A stretch of 64,000 nucleotides of DNA from a virus, in the IMG/VR virus record IMGVR_UViG_3300020160_001966, positions 1 through 64,000 of that record, one strand, 5' to 3'. Shown here piece by piece: positions 19,522-29,984 of the stretch. Position 1 is the first letter of the stretch, and every line of letters begins with the position of its first letter. The notes under the pieces were generated by a model. That model did not search any database, had not been told where the DNA came from, and was given only the letters and a program-made list of their open reading frames with translations. The position numbers and the translations under genes are program-made.

Positions 19522-20655
19522 TCTACTTATTGTTGGAAACTTACCAAAGGTTCCGTATTGCTTGTCTCCTAGTTTTTTAGTTATTTCTTCCCCATCTTTT
19601 TCCCAATCTTTTAAAGTTTGCGGTATGTTTCCAGATGCCACCACCGTTGCAACCTTTGCACCAGTTGCTCCAACTTTTGCTGCTTTTTTTCCAGCAGACG
19701 CTACTGCTTTTACAGGATTCTTAGCAATATCGACAACTTTTTTACTAGCATTTTTAGTACCAGTAACTACTGCTTTTGCAGCTTTAGGTAAAGTTTTAAC
19801 AGCATTTGCAGCTGGTGTTTTTGCAATTTTCCCAAGGCTTGTGTTTTTAGAAGATGCCTTGGTTACAACACTTGCAGCTTTTTGAATATTTGGAGATGTT
19901 GATATTCTATTTTTTATCGTACCAGCTAAAGATCTAGAAACTTTAGATACTCCAGTAACCCCAAATACTTTGCGAAGAATAAAAGCTGGAGCGCCAAACA
20001 ACAATCTAAAGGGTAGTGTTAATATTCTAAATGGGACTCTAACGCCTGGTATTACGGAAATTTGAGCCGCTAATAAATTTAATTGATATATATCCTCATC
20101 TTCAGTCCCTATACTAGCTTCATAGGCTTCTTTAGCTTTTGCCAAATAAGGCCAAGACATTACACCAGTAGGTTCTAGAACCGCTATAATTTTATATATA
20201 ACATTTTCACTCATGTTATTTTTTATATCATCAACATACTCGTCTCCTATACTTTTTCTTACAATAGAACCCATGTTTTCAACGGCCAAATCCGCTAAAA
20301 AAGTTTGTGTATCTTCAATTTCATCAGCAATAGGCGACCACAACTCTTTGCCTTTATTCTTTAGAAGATCCCATGCATTTGAAGCATCTTTTTTTAAATC
20401 TTCATAAGATTCATTTATAGATTTTTCTATTTGACTTAATTCTTTAACAAAAGAATCTTCTATATTTTGACCAGAATTGTATCTAATTTCGCAATCTCTT
20501 TGAAAAGATTCTGGATCATTTTTAATTCTTTTTTTTATTTCTTCAATAGTTGAATTAACAAAATTATCAGCCTTTTCTATTTCAGAATCACTTTCATTTT
20601 GTTCATGAATCATTTTTTCCAAAATGATATCTATTGCTTTATTAAAACGATGCAT
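19501..20655 (-). CDS. Hypothetical protein with EPTG..SWP motif and Lys/Ala-rich tail
   Basis: 384 aa; TATAAATA at 20661-20668; shares a motif with 57603..58400. Confidence 0.7.
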   Translation of the reverse strand: MHRFNKAIDIILEKMIHEQNESDSEIEKADNFVNSTIEEIKKRIKNDPESFQRDCEIRYNSGQNIEDSFVKELSQIEKSINESYEDLKKDASNAWDLLKNKGKELWSPIADEIEDTQTFLADLAVENMGSIVRKSIGDEYVDDIKNNMSENVIYKIIAVLEPTGVMSWPYLAKAKEAYEASIGTEDEDIYQLNLLAAQISVIPGVRVPFRILTLPFRLLFGAPAFILRKVFGVTGVSKVSRSLAGTIKNRISTSPNIQKAASVVTKASSKNTSLGKIAKTPAANAVKTLPKAAKAVVTGTKNASKKVVDIAKNPVKAVASAGKKAAKVGATGAKVATVVASGNIPQTLKDWEKDGEEITKKLGDKQYGTFGKFPTISRLSTQRF

Positions 20656-20663
20656 AATAATAT

Positions 20664-21398
20664 TTATAATAAAATGTTTTGAAAATCATTTATAGCATTT
20701 TTATAGGATTGTTTAGATTCATCATTGGAATTGGATGTATATTGCCAATTCCAACATATTTTATCAGAAACTTCGAAACCATAATATTTCAAAACCTGCT
20801 TCTGTGTTTCTATAACATTCTCACCATTCCAATTTTGACCTATTAAAATAATTCCAGCAGCAATATCCTTAACTATGTTATTTTCCCTTAAAGTAGTATG
20901 TCTATTCTCTATCCAACACAATCTTTCTATCAATTTTTGATATATAGCGTTTGTTTGCCCCCATCTAACAGATCCGAAAAATAAAACGCAGTCGGATTCG
21001 AATAAAGATTTTGATATTTTCCAAAGCTCATCATCTTTATTATTAAAAGAACACCAACATCTATGATAACCAGAGGGATTTTTATCTTTATCCTTCAATA
21101 AAGCTTCCTTTTTACCACAACCGTTACCTTCAGCACTACTAACATTACCTTCGCAATTATATATTTTCAACTTAGGAACTTCTATAATTTCAATTTTTTT
21201 CATTCCTATCAACTCTTGAATGTAATATGCCAATTGTGTACTTTTAGGAATATCATCGACATTTTTTTCATATCTATTCGATGTTGTTAAAAACAAAACT
21301 TTATTCTTTTTTTCTAAAAAAGATATTGTTTCTTCTATATTTTTTTTCATTTTATTATCAGAAACTGATTCGTTTATAAAGGATGAAAATGATCTCAT
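20664..21398 (-). CDS. Flavodoxin-like NADPH-dependent FMN reductase / iron-sulfur flavoprotein family
   Basis: VLFLTTSNR, IYNCEGNVS, CWCS, DDEL, SDCVLFFGSVRWG; start revised to MRSF at 21398. Confidence 0.8.
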   Translation of the reverse strand: MRSFSSFINESVSDNKMKKNIEETISFLEKKNKVLFLTTSNRYEKNVDDIPKSTQLAYYIQELIGMKKIEIIEVPKLKIYNCEGNVSSAEGNGCGKKEALLKDKDKNPSGYHRCWCSFNNKDDELWKISKSLFESDCVLFFGSVRWGQTNAIYQKLIERLCWIENRHTTLRENNIVKDIAAGIILIGQNWNGENVIETQKQVLKYYGFEVSDKICWNWQYTSNSNDESKQSYKNAINDFQNILL

Positions 21399-21399
21399 A

Positions 21400-23826
21400 T
21401 TATATAGATACTGGTGTAAATTTTTGAGATTTAAGTTGATTATCCAACCCAACCATGGCTTCTTTCGTAGTTCCTTTAACTTCTTTACATTTTAAACCGT
21501 TTTGTATTTTTTGCGATTCCAAGGGAGTTTTAGAATCCACTCCAGAAGCTTTTGTTCTAACCTCTTCATATTTTGTGGCGAGATTTAAAGGTAAGTTTCT
21601 AAACAAATGTTGATGCGGATAAACAAATATACAACCATCATCTGCTATATTCCCAGCATCCATTGAATATATTGGAACCGTTTGTGTTACGGTTATAGTT
21701 CCTGTTCCAGTGGCAGTTCCAGTGACTGGTCCTGAACCCACATTGGGTATAGTGGCTGTTTGTCCTGTTAAATTTAAACTCACACTAACATTTATTACTT
21801 GAGTATTTTTTATAAATCCAACCTTTAATTGTTTGTGTGGATAAGCTGTACCATAAAGCTCTGATTGAAATTCAGTTTCTTGTATTTCCATTGGAGCAGT
21901 AACATGTTGCAAGAACACTTCACCACCAAACATTGCACCACCTCTACAAGCCATATTACCATCAACTCCAACACTACCCTTTATGAATGTTTGATCACCA
22001 GCTTCAAGTGCTATGTTTGGGGCTTTAATGGTAATAACTTCACCAGTTGCTATATTTAATCCACTTTTTGAACTCAAGTTTAATTGTTCCCCAGTTATTT
22101 CAGCGACAGTGCCATATAAACTCAAACATCCTGTACTATTCAAATCTAACCCTCCAGATCCACCTATCAAGTTAATACCATTTTGAGCATCAATTGTAAA
22201 TTGACCGCCAGGAAACTTATCGACGTGAACCTTTTCCACAACAGAACTTGTAACTTGTGAAGGATATAATCCCTTTTCTCCATCTAAATTAACCCTAATA
22301 TCATGCGCTGCACCCTTTTTATTGATCCGTATACTGTCCAAATCATTCGATGCACAACCAACACTTACAAATAAATCTTTCGTGATATTTAAACTCAAAC
22401 TCCCCCCGTTTCCCATTTCATTTTCAGCATCAAAAAAGTCTTTTGCTGAATTTAAATATAAATTTCCAATTTCATCCTTTCTTTTATCGGTTGGAAATTT
22501 ACCACCCATGGTTGATGGAGATGTTCCAGAACCTTTACACACTGGACAGTTTGTTGTTTTTGGATATTGCTCATCTTTAGCATCTTCTATTTTTAACTCT
22601 GTCTTTATACCTAAAAATTTTAAAAAACTTTTTAATAATGTATCTTTAAATGTTGTTTGTCCACTATCAATTTTGCTTTTATTTTTATCATCACCATTAC
22701 CACCCACCAATGTTTTGAATTTTTTACCTTGACTACAAGCTGGACAAGGTGGATTTTTACCACCTTTTTTTGCTAAAGGTGATGAGAAAAAAGATTCATT
22801 ATCAGCATTTTGAGTTTCTGGTAAACTTTTTACAGCATGAATCGAAGAAGACGCATCTTTCCATTTTTGAGCAGCTGCATAATTTGCACCACCTATTTGT
22901 ATCTTCATGTCACCAGCAACTTCAATGGTGCTGTCTTCTCTACAAGAAAGATTATAACTATCTTCAATCGTTACATATTCTGGACCTTTAACCAATTTAT
23001 TATTAAGACCCATCACTAAAGTTTTTTTTCCAGAATGATTCATTTCGCTATAAGAACCACTATCATGAGCTATACTTAAAGACTCTTCATTGTCTGTTCC
23101 ATTAAAAGAAATACTACCACCCTTATAATTTAAAGCGGTTAATTGTCTACGTTTTAAATTTTCTGGATTATCCTCATTTGTTGGGTCATTATTCTCATAA
23201 CCACTAGGATAATTCGTATCATCAAAAATTTGATTATAAGAATCAGCGGATGGACTATATCCAAAAATTACAGGCGTGTTTGGATTCCCATTCAAAAAGA
23301 AAAGCCAAACTTTAGAATTTACTTGAGGTATTCCAAACATGCCTTTAGGTGCATTATAATATGATTGTGTTTGGTAAGACGCTCCTAAAGGATTTGGATT
23401 GTCTGAAGCTGATGCGAATCTATCAGATGGTGGATTTTGTTTTAACTCTGCACCAGCTGGTGCTCCAGTTGACCCATCCTCTTCTGCTTGCTGGTTTAAA
23501 TAATTTGGAGCATCTGAAGTTGTTGCTCTGTTGCTAGGAGAATTGAAAGAACTATACCCTCCACCAGTTATTGGTAGTGATATTTCAGCCCATGGTAATT
23601 TTAATTTTATTTTTTCGATATATTTTGTCATATCGATCATTTTTTTACCTTTTGACTGATAATTTGTACCAAATTCCGCAAAGAAAAATTCACCATCATA
23701 ATCGGATTCCTCCAAATCCAATAAAGACATGTGCAAATGAGGTACAAAAACTTTAACTCTACCCAATCTTTCTGGATCGTTGTTTTGTGCTACTATACCT
23801 CTGTAAAAACCATGTAATTGTTCCAT
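21400..23826 (-). CDS. gp5: Baseplate central spike (T4 gp5/VgrG-like) without a lysozyme domain
   Basis: OB-fold YRGIV..NNDPERLGRVKV, PWA, GMFGIPQVNSKVWLFFLNGNPNTPV; C-terminal beta-repeats. Confidence 0.85.
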   Translation of the reverse strand: MEQLHGFYRGIVAQNNDPERLGRVKVFVPHLHMSLLDLEESDYDGEFFFAEFGTNYQSKGKKMIDMTKYIEKIKLKLPWAEISLPITGGGYSSFNSPSNRATTSDAPNYLNQQAEEDGSTGAPAGAELKQNPPSDRFASASDNPNPLGASYQTQSYYNAPKGMFGIPQVNSKVWLFFLNGNPNTPVIFGYSPSADSYNQIFDDTNYPSGYENNDPTNEDNPENLKRRQLTALNYKGGSISFNGTDNEESLSIAHDSGSYSEMNHSGKKTLVMGLNNKLVKGPEYVTIEDSYNLSCREDSTIEVAGDMKIQIGGANYAAAQKWKDASSSIHAVKSLPETQNADNESFFSSPLAKKGGKNPPCPACSQGKKFKTLVGGNGDDKNKSKIDSGQTTFKDTLLKSFLKFLGIKTELKIEDAKDEQYPKTTNCPVCKGSGTSPSTMGGKFPTDKRKDEIGNLYLNSAKDFFDAENEMGNGGSLSLNITKDLFVSVGCASNDLDSIRINKKGAAHDIRVNLDGEKGLYPSQVTSSVVEKVHVDKFPGGQFTIDAQNGINLIGGSGGLDLNSTGCLSLYGTVAEITGEQLNLSSKSGLNIATGEVITIKAPNIALEAGDQTFIKGSVGVDGNMACRGGAMFGGEVFLQHVTAPMEIQETEFQSELYGTAYPHKQLKVGFIKNTQVINVSVSLNLTGQTATIPNVGSGPVTGTATGTGTITVTQTVPIYSMDAGNIADDGCIFVYPHQHLFRNLPLNLATKYEEVRTKASGVDSKTPLESQKIQNGLKCKEVKGTTKEAMVGLDNQLKSQKFTPVSI

Positions 23827-23881
23827 AAAATATATGTATATTTAAGAGAGAAATCTATTAAGTATATCCTCGTAATGTTAA

Positions 23882-25048
23882 TTATCCTACCGTAGCCTGT
23901 AATTCGGCTAATTTCTTAATAACATCTTCTCCAGTTTGCAGTTTTTCAGCTTTTTTCTCCAATTCTTTATTATTTTTTTTAATTTTAGTAGCTTCTTTTT
24001 TTCTCTGATCTGTTGGTAGTTCCACTATTGCGGTGACAATTTTTTCTGGATATTTTTTAGTATATTCCATAGCTTTTTCTTTATCATCGAAATATATACC
24101 AATTACAGGATACGTACCGCTTGGACTTAAACCTTTAGATGGTGTAGCTGTATCTACAGCTTCTCTTTGTTTACTATCATCTGAAAATTTAACTTTAGCT
24201 CCAATTAAAATATTGGAATTATCCACAGCTAAACTATAATCACTCACTAATTTACTACCACTATTAGATTTTTTTGCAAAAGCTTCTGGAGTAGCTCCTT
24301 CACCTTTCCCCCAATAAACCTTTCGTTCAACTGCAATTTTTTGATTCCCATCCTTTTCATCTACTTTCTTTTTAGAATTTTCTTTAAAACAATCTATATA
24401 TCCAGAACCATCTATTTGATCGTTTAACAAACTTTGTCCAGTAGCTAATAACGCAGCTGTGTTAGTAGCATCTAATGCGGTGTTTAAAGTTGTGTTAACC
24501 ACTTTTTTATAGTATTCTGGATTAGATAAATCTCTCAATTGTTTTGGAGATAATTTAGTAAAACTCTCTATACTATTTGTAGCGGTTTTATAAATTGAGC
24601 CTAAAGCTTGAACATCTAAATTAAGCCCAGTGGCATTATTAAGAGTGGATAACGCTAAATCAGCGACTTTAGAATTGTCTTTTTCAAAAATAGATTTCAT
24701 ATTAGACAATTCTTGATACACAGCTTTACCTTCATTATAAACAGCATCTATTTCACCTTTAACGGTTTCAAATAATCCTAGTATCTCTCCCTCTAAATAA
24801 CCTTTAATATCATTCAATCCAGAATTTAAAGCTTGTTGTAAATCAGTTAATGAGAGTAAACTAACCTTACCATCTTCTCCAAATTTTACTAAATTTTTAG
24901 GTAAAAATTTTTCGGCTAATTGAGAAAATTCGGATAATTCTGGAATCTGAACAAAGCTTTCTATTTCGCTTAATGCGACATCTAAATCCAATTTACCTAA
25001 CATTTTTTTACCATCTTCTTGTATTTCCGATGAATTGAAATTTGCCAT
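23882..25048 (-). CDS. Putative baseplate protein with a degenerate C-terminal 3D (DPBB) domain
   Basis: SNSG...SLAVDNSNILIGAKV...AVDT...IGIYF; upstream of gp5; start revised to 25048. Confidence 0.5.
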   Translation of the reverse strand: MANFNSSEIQEDGKKMLGKLDLDVALSEIESFVQIPELSEFSQLAEKFLPKNLVKFGEDGKVSLLSLTDLQQALNSGLNDIKGYLEGEILGLFETVKGEIDAVYNEGKAVYQELSNMKSIFEKDNSKVADLALSTLNNATGLNLDVQALGSIYKTATNSIESFTKLSPKQLRDLSNPEYYKKVVNTTLNTALDATNTAALLATGQSLLNDQIDGSGYIDCFKENSKKKVDEKDGNQKIAVERKVYWGKGEGATPEAFAKKSNSGSKLVSDYSLAVDNSNILIGAKVKFSDDSKQREAVDTATPSKGLSPSGTYPVIGIYFDDKEKAMEYTKKYPEKIVTAIVELPTDQRKKEATKIKKNNKELEKKAEKLQTGEDVIKKLAELQATVG

Positions 25049-25096
25049 AAAAATATTTACTTGAACTTTATAAAATTGCATATAAACTACGGCAAT

Positions 25097-25453
25097 ATGT
25101 CAAACGCCGAAAAAGATACAATTTCCAATCATATAGAAAAAAAATACCCACAAACTACCGAAGCTTTTAAACAAATACAAAAAAATCAATATGAGATGTT
25201 TTGTAAAAAATTACACGATTATGGTCCATATAACGTAACTTTGGGTAGAGAAATTAAAAACGAAAATGACATCCATACGGCTTTGACTGTAATATTAGTA
25301 AGAATTTCTGACAAATTTCAAAGACTTTTGAATATTTTATTTTATAAAAAAGATGCGGATACGTCAAACGAACCATTGATAGATTCTTTCAAAGATTTAG
25401 GAGTTTATGCAATCATTGCTGAGATTGTAAACGATAATAAATGGAATAAGTAA
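25097..25453 (+). CDS. Nucleotide modification associated domain 1 (Nmad1/DUF1599-like) protein
   Basis: KKLHDYG, VRISDKFQRL, EPLIDSFKDLGVYAII. Confidence 0.75.
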   Translation: MSNAEKDTISNHIEKKYPQTTEAFKQIQKNQYEMFCKKLHDYGPYNVTLGREIKNENDIHTALTVILVRISDKFQRLLNILFYKKDADTSNEPLIDSFKDLGVYAIIAEIVNDNKWNK

Positions 25454-25454
25454 T

Positions 25455-25481
25455 TTTATAACATGTCAATCATGTTATAAA
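25455..25481. promoter_or_regulatory. Perfect 11-bp inverted repeat, possible operator
   Basis: TTTATAACATG-tcaat-CATGTTATAAA upstream of hsp20. Confidence 0.5.
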
Positions 25482-25541
25482 TCTGGTGCTAAAACTAGAC
25501 TAGACAAACATATAACTCGCTTATAATAAAGGAGAAATAAT

Positions 25542-26039
25542 ATGAATACAGAAATAAAAAACTACAAACAACCAACATACACAGTTGGCCACTATGCGGC
25601 TACAGAGCGGTTAATGAATCAGCTACCCGCCCTGTTCAATGATAGCTGGTTTAAAAATATATTGGGAGATGTCGATAAAGCTTTCGATATTCCCAATGCA
25701 GTATACCCATACAATGTTAAAGCAATTCATAATAAAGAGGGTGAAACGGAAAAATATGAAGTTGAAATAGCATTGGCTGGTGTAGGTAAAAATAACATTG
25801 ATGTGAAGGTTAGAGATGGCCATTTACATATTGATGTATTGAAAGATGAAACAAATGAAAATAACAACGTAAAATATGTTAAAAAAGGTATTAGTAGGCG
25901 TAAAGGTGGTATATCATTTGTTTTAAATGAGAATACAGATGCTAAAAGAATATCATCAACATACTTGGACGGTCTTTTGCGAGTTACCGTTCCTGTAAAA
26001 CAACCTGAAATCTATAATATAGATATTAAAGTTGATTAA
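25542..26039 (+). CDS. hsp20: Small heat shock protein Hsp20
   Basis: PYNV, YEVEIALAG, KGISRR, YLDGLLRVTVP; SD AAGGAG. Confidence 0.95.
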   Translation: MNTEIKNYKQPTYTVGHYAATERLMNQLPALFNDSWFKNILGDVDKAFDIPNAVYPYNVKAIHNKEGETEKYEVEIALAGVGKNNIDVKVRDGHLHIDVLKDETNENNNVKYVKKGISRRKGGISFVLNENTDAKRISSTYLDGLLRVTVPVKQPEIYNIDIKVD

Positions 26040-26090
26040 AAAGTTTGTTAGTCTTTTTTAGCACCAGTATCATTTATTCTAAATATATAT

Positions 26091-26501
26091 GTGGAAGATT
26101 GCAATTGTTTAAAAAAAAATAAAGATTATTCGAAACCAACATTTACGGTTTCAATAAAAAATTTATCATCAACATTTATAAAAATGTTTGGTGAGAATTT
26201 TAATTTTAGTACTTTAAATGGGTTATATCTTTCCACCAATAATGTGGAAATGTCATCCATATTATTGAATATTTTCACAAATATAAAATCTATAAGTTCA
26301 AAATTTGCTCCAATTGAAATATTTCCAGTGGAAACTTATACATACGATAACGGTAAAGTTTCTTTTTATCTACCAAGCAATTTATTAATTGGTAATTATG
26401 ACGTAGTATATATTAATAACGCTGGATATTCCAAAGCTTCAAACTCTTTAACCTTTACATATTTCACAGTAACAACATCATTTTCATCACATCATAATTA
26501 A
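26091..26501 (+). CDS. Hypothetical protein, possibly Ig/IPT-like beta-sandwich
   Basis: GTG start 5 nt after TAAATA; GNYDVVYINNAGY. Confidence 0.55.
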   Translation: MEDCNCLKKNKDYSKPTFTVSIKNLSSTFIKMFGENFNFSTLNGLYLSTNNVEMSSILLNIFTNIKSISSKFAPIEIFPVETYTYDNGKVSFYLPSNLLIGNYDVVYINNAGYSKASNSLTFTYFTVTTSFSSHHN

Positions 26502-26528
26502 ATGTAAATAACTATAATAAATATTTTC

Positions 26529-27554
26529 ATGCCAGATACAAATTTCACAGAATTTAATTTAAAAACATCATCCAGTCTAGTAACTGGAGATTATCTGGTA
26601 GGTTATGATAAAAATGGTGTCAATGAAATAAGAACCAACATACATGATGTTTTAAATCTTTTTAGTGATTATCAAGCTTTAACATTTAACGAATCTACTA
26701 GAAAATTAACAATTTCTAAAGGAAACAATGTGTCACTATCGGCAATAGATGCCACTTATAATTCTTCCAGTGGTAGATATGAAAGTGTTTATTCTTCTTT
26801 TAATGGATTAAGTGGCAAATATGAAAATTTAACCACTAACGTATATTCAAGTTCATCTTTATGGGAGGGTACGGTTCCAGTTAATAATAAAAATTTTAAT
26901 GGAATAACAACTTATAACTTATCTCTTTCAGATAAAAGTAGTATATTATCAATAAACAATCACACTTTAACATATGTCACGATATCCAACGATTCGGATA
27001 TAAATTTTCCAATAGGTTCTGAAATAAGAATATTGAGAAACGGATTAGGTTTTGTTGGATTATCCGCATTAGACGGTGTCTCTTTAAAAAGTGTTAATGG
27101 TTTAACATTTCTAGAAGAAACATACACTGTTGTAAATTTATTAAAATTAAACAATAATGATTGGATATTGTATGGCGATTTAATTGTAATCCCAACACCA
27201 ACTCCATCACCAACCCCCACTCAAACTCAAACTCCTACTCAAACTCAAACTCCCACACAAACTCAAACTCCCACTCAAACACAAACTCAAACTCCTACTC
27301 AAACTCAAACTCCCACTCTAACTCCCACTCAAACACAAACAGAGACTCCAACACAAACACCAACTAATACAGAGACTCCTACACCAACACAAACACCAAC
27401 TAATACAGAGACTCCTACACCAACTCCAACACAAACACCAACCAATACAGAGACTCCTACACCAACACAAACACCAACTAATACAGAGACTCCTACACCA
27501 ACTCCAACACCAACTAATACAGAGACTCCTACACCAACTCCAACAAAACCCTAA
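26529..27554 (+). CDS. Putative virion protein with a C-terminal Pro/Thr mucin-like tail
   Basis: N-term DYLVGY motif; about 120 C-terminal residues of PT-x-T repeats. Confidence 0.75.
   Translation: MPDTNFTEFNLKTSSSLVTGDYLVGYDKNGVNEIRTNIHDVLNLFSDYQALTFNESTRKLTISKGNNVSLSAIDATYNSSSGRYESVYSSFNGLSGKYENLTTNVYSSSSLWEGTVPVNNKNFNGITTYNLSLSDKSSILSINNHTLTYVTISNDSDINFPIGSEIRILRNGLGFVGLSALDGVSLKSVNGLTFLEETYTVVNLLKLNNNDWILYGDLIVIPTPTPSPTPTQTQTPTQTQTPTQTQTPTQTQTQTPTQTQTPTLTPTQTQTETPTQTPTNTETPTPTQTPTNTETPTPTPTQTPTNTETPTPTQTPTNTETPTPTPTPTNTETPTPTPTKP
27190..27551 (+). repeat. Coding (PT-x-T)n tract
   Basis: TQTPTQ and [12 protein letters not shown] units. Confidence 0.95.
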
Positions 27555-27663
27555 ACTATAGAGTTAATCGTGTATTTACTTGATAATTTTAAGTACAAAT
27601 CGCAATTTGCCAATAGAAACTTGTATGAGTATTTATTATAATAAATTTTTAATATTAAATAAA

Positions 27664-29979
27664 TCAAGATTCTTTTCTCAATTCTCTAGAATAGTGATCA
27701 AATCTATTATGATTTATTGGAGTTAATAATAAAATAGCGGATTTTATATTATTTTTAACAGTTTCTTGATATATATAAGACATCCAAGTTTGCTCGAAAG
27801 GGTGCGCCCATTTATCCGTTAAAAACATTTTATTATTTCCAGTTTTAGAAACAATCTGAGGCCAATTACAATAATATATTTCACCATCAACATATGGAAT
27901 TTTTTCAAACGATCCTACATTTTTAAATTTTGTTTTAGGAGGATTTGGATCTAATCCCATAACTGGTAATTTATTTTTATCAGGCCAAAGTTGTTCTCTA
28001 ACATTTTGAGGTACATTGTACCAAGACCATTGGGTTATGTTATCACCATAAAATTCAGAAAAAGATAATTTTAAAAAATCATATGAGTTATTTTTTACTA
28101 TCTTCAATGAATTTTCATATAGATTATCAACGTATGATGAGAAACCATTTTTACACCTATAATCTTTATTGGGATTTAAAAACATATCATCTTCAAAAAA
28201 GAAATAAAAATCAAAATTCATCTCGGATGCATGTTCCGCTATGAATTGCCTACCACCACAAATACCCAAATTGTCCTTTTTAATGTGTTTGAAATTGTAT
28301 TTTACACATAACTCTTCATACTCATTGTAAGTAGATTCATCTGTAGAATTATTCAATAAAAATTTACTAGGTTTATCTATAAAATTTTTATCATATCCCA
28401 ACATTGATGTTATTAATGTTTTAAATTGATTTGGACTGTTAAAGGTTAAAACATATAAAGCCGTATTGTTGATATTTAAATCATTTTTAATAAAATTTTC
28501 AGACTTGTTTATTATATTTTTATTATAATTTTTATTTTTTAAATCTTCGAAGAATGGCCACACCAAACCATTACCTTCAAGCATATATTGTGCGATCATA
28601 TCATCATGATTATGCATCAATATTGTGAATATGCTTTCTTCCGTACCCATTAATCCCTCATTTAGAGAACTATTTAAATAAGAATAATATAAACCATTAA
28701 TTTGATTTATGCATGATTTTTTACCACCAAAAAATCCACCTCTGCAAACGTATTTAACATAATCAACATTACAATATCTAGCCAAAGCGTTTCTCTCAAA
28801 ACCATGAACTTCAGATCCTCCTTCATACGGATATGATAAAAATAAAAAATCTTTATTTGTCCCTATAAAATCTGTAATATTATTAAACACTTTATCATGT
28901 GTAAAATAACCATAATGTACAGTGTTGGTTATGCCAGCATCAATCCAGAAAAAATAATCAGAACTAAAAGGATTCCAAATTGTCACATTGTTAACCATGA
29001 ACATCTTACTCATTACTAATGGATTATAACCATCTAGAGTGGCTTGTGGAGAATTTCTTAACCAAGCAGCTTGAGACAACCATGATTCATTAACCCTTAT
29101 ATCGTTTGTATTTTTCGTAAAATTGAACCATTTTTTAAGTTCATCCAAAGACATCAAGTTTACTACTGTATTTTCTCTGCTTCTGTGTTCCCAAATGAAA
29201 TCTTCATCCTTTGGATCTACAAAAATATACATATTGACATCCGTTTTTAATAATTCTGAAAATTTCTTTTGATAATCCGAATAAGATCTTTTAAAAGAAT
29301 CCTCAATATCACCTCTACCCAAATCCCACAAAGCCGTAACAATCGTTATTGGTGATTTTCTCAATTCAACTGGAGCATCTATTTCAAATATTTTTTTGTC
29401 TAAAAAATCCTTTAATACCTCTTCTTTATTAGGCAAATCTATGGTGTAAATTTTTTGTCTAATGTTTATAGAATTTATATTTAAAAATATACCATAATCA
29501 TATCTAACACAAAAAGGTATATAATTTTTATATGTTTTAATAAAATGATCAAAAGTCAATTTATCTTGTAAATGAGTTTCATGTATATTGCCAAAATGTT
29601 CACCTTGGACGGCATCAAAAGGAACAGCAACTATAACACTAGTTTCATTTTTAATTTTATTCAAAACAGATAACGCATCTTCCTCACTAAGATGTTCTAT
29701 AATATCACCAAATATTACCAAATCATATTGATTAAAATCTATATCAGATTTCGTTATATCTTGATTATATACATTATTATATTTCGCCTTTAAATCATAT
29801 TCGTCAATATAAGGTTGATAAACCTCAACGCAATCCATATTTAAGTAACCTCTAGGTTTCAATAAATCGGAATATGTGCCTATACCAGCCCCAACATCTA
29901 ATATTTTACAATCTGTTGGGTAGTTTTTTACGATATATGATATTGTTTCCTTTTTAAAAAAAGATGTAGATGATGGCAT
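27664..29979 (-). CDS. Three-domain fusion: class I SAM methyltransferase, HtrL/YibB-like, GT-A glycosyltransferase
   Basis: LDVGAGIG; TIVTALWD, WIDAG, GGFFGG; NLGICGGRQ, FFFEDDM. Confidence 0.75.
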   Translation of the reverse strand: MPSSTSFFKKETISYIVKNYPTDCKILDVGAGIGTYSDLLKPRGYLNMDCVEVYQPYIDEYDLKAKYNNVYNQDITKSDIDFNQYDLVIFGDIIEHLSEEDALSVLNKIKNETSVIVAVPFDAVQGEHFGNIHETHLQDKLTFDHFIKTYKNYIPFCVRYDYGIFLNINSINIRQKIYTIDLPNKEEVLKDFLDKKIFEIDAPVELRKSPITIVTALWDLGRGDIEDSFKRSYSDYQKKFSELLKTDVNMYIFVDPKDEDFIWEHRSRENTVVNLMSLDELKKWFNFTKNTNDIRVNESWLSQAAWLRNSPQATLDGYNPLVMSKMFMVNNVTIWNPFSSDYFFWIDAGITNTVHYGYFTHDKVFNNITDFIGTNKDFLFLSYPYEGGSEVHGFERNALARYCNVDYVKYVCRGGFFGGKKSCINQINGLYYSYLNSSLNEGLMGTEESIFTILMHNHDDMIAQYMLEGNGLVWPFFEDLKNKNYNKNIINKSENFIKNDLNINNTALYVLTFNSPNQFKTLITSMLGYDKNFIDKPSKFLLNNSTDESTYNEYEELCVKYNFKHIKKDNLGICGGRQFIAEHASEMNFDFYFFFEDDMFLNPNKDYRCKNGFSSYVDNLYENSLKIVKNNSYDFLKLSFSEFYGDNITQWSWYNVPQNVREQLWPDKNKLPVMGLDPNPPKTKFKNVGSFEKIPYVDGEIYYCNWPQIVSKTGNNKMFLTDKWAHPFEQTWMSYIYQETVKNNIKSAILLLTPINHNRFDHYSRELRKES

Positions 29980-29984
29980 ATTAA

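Noticed and set aside
25466-25492. Complete CIRCE (HrcA) operator before hsp20
   Set aside because: Only a right-arm-like TGGTGCTAA is present; the left arm 9 nt upstream does not match TTAGCACTC
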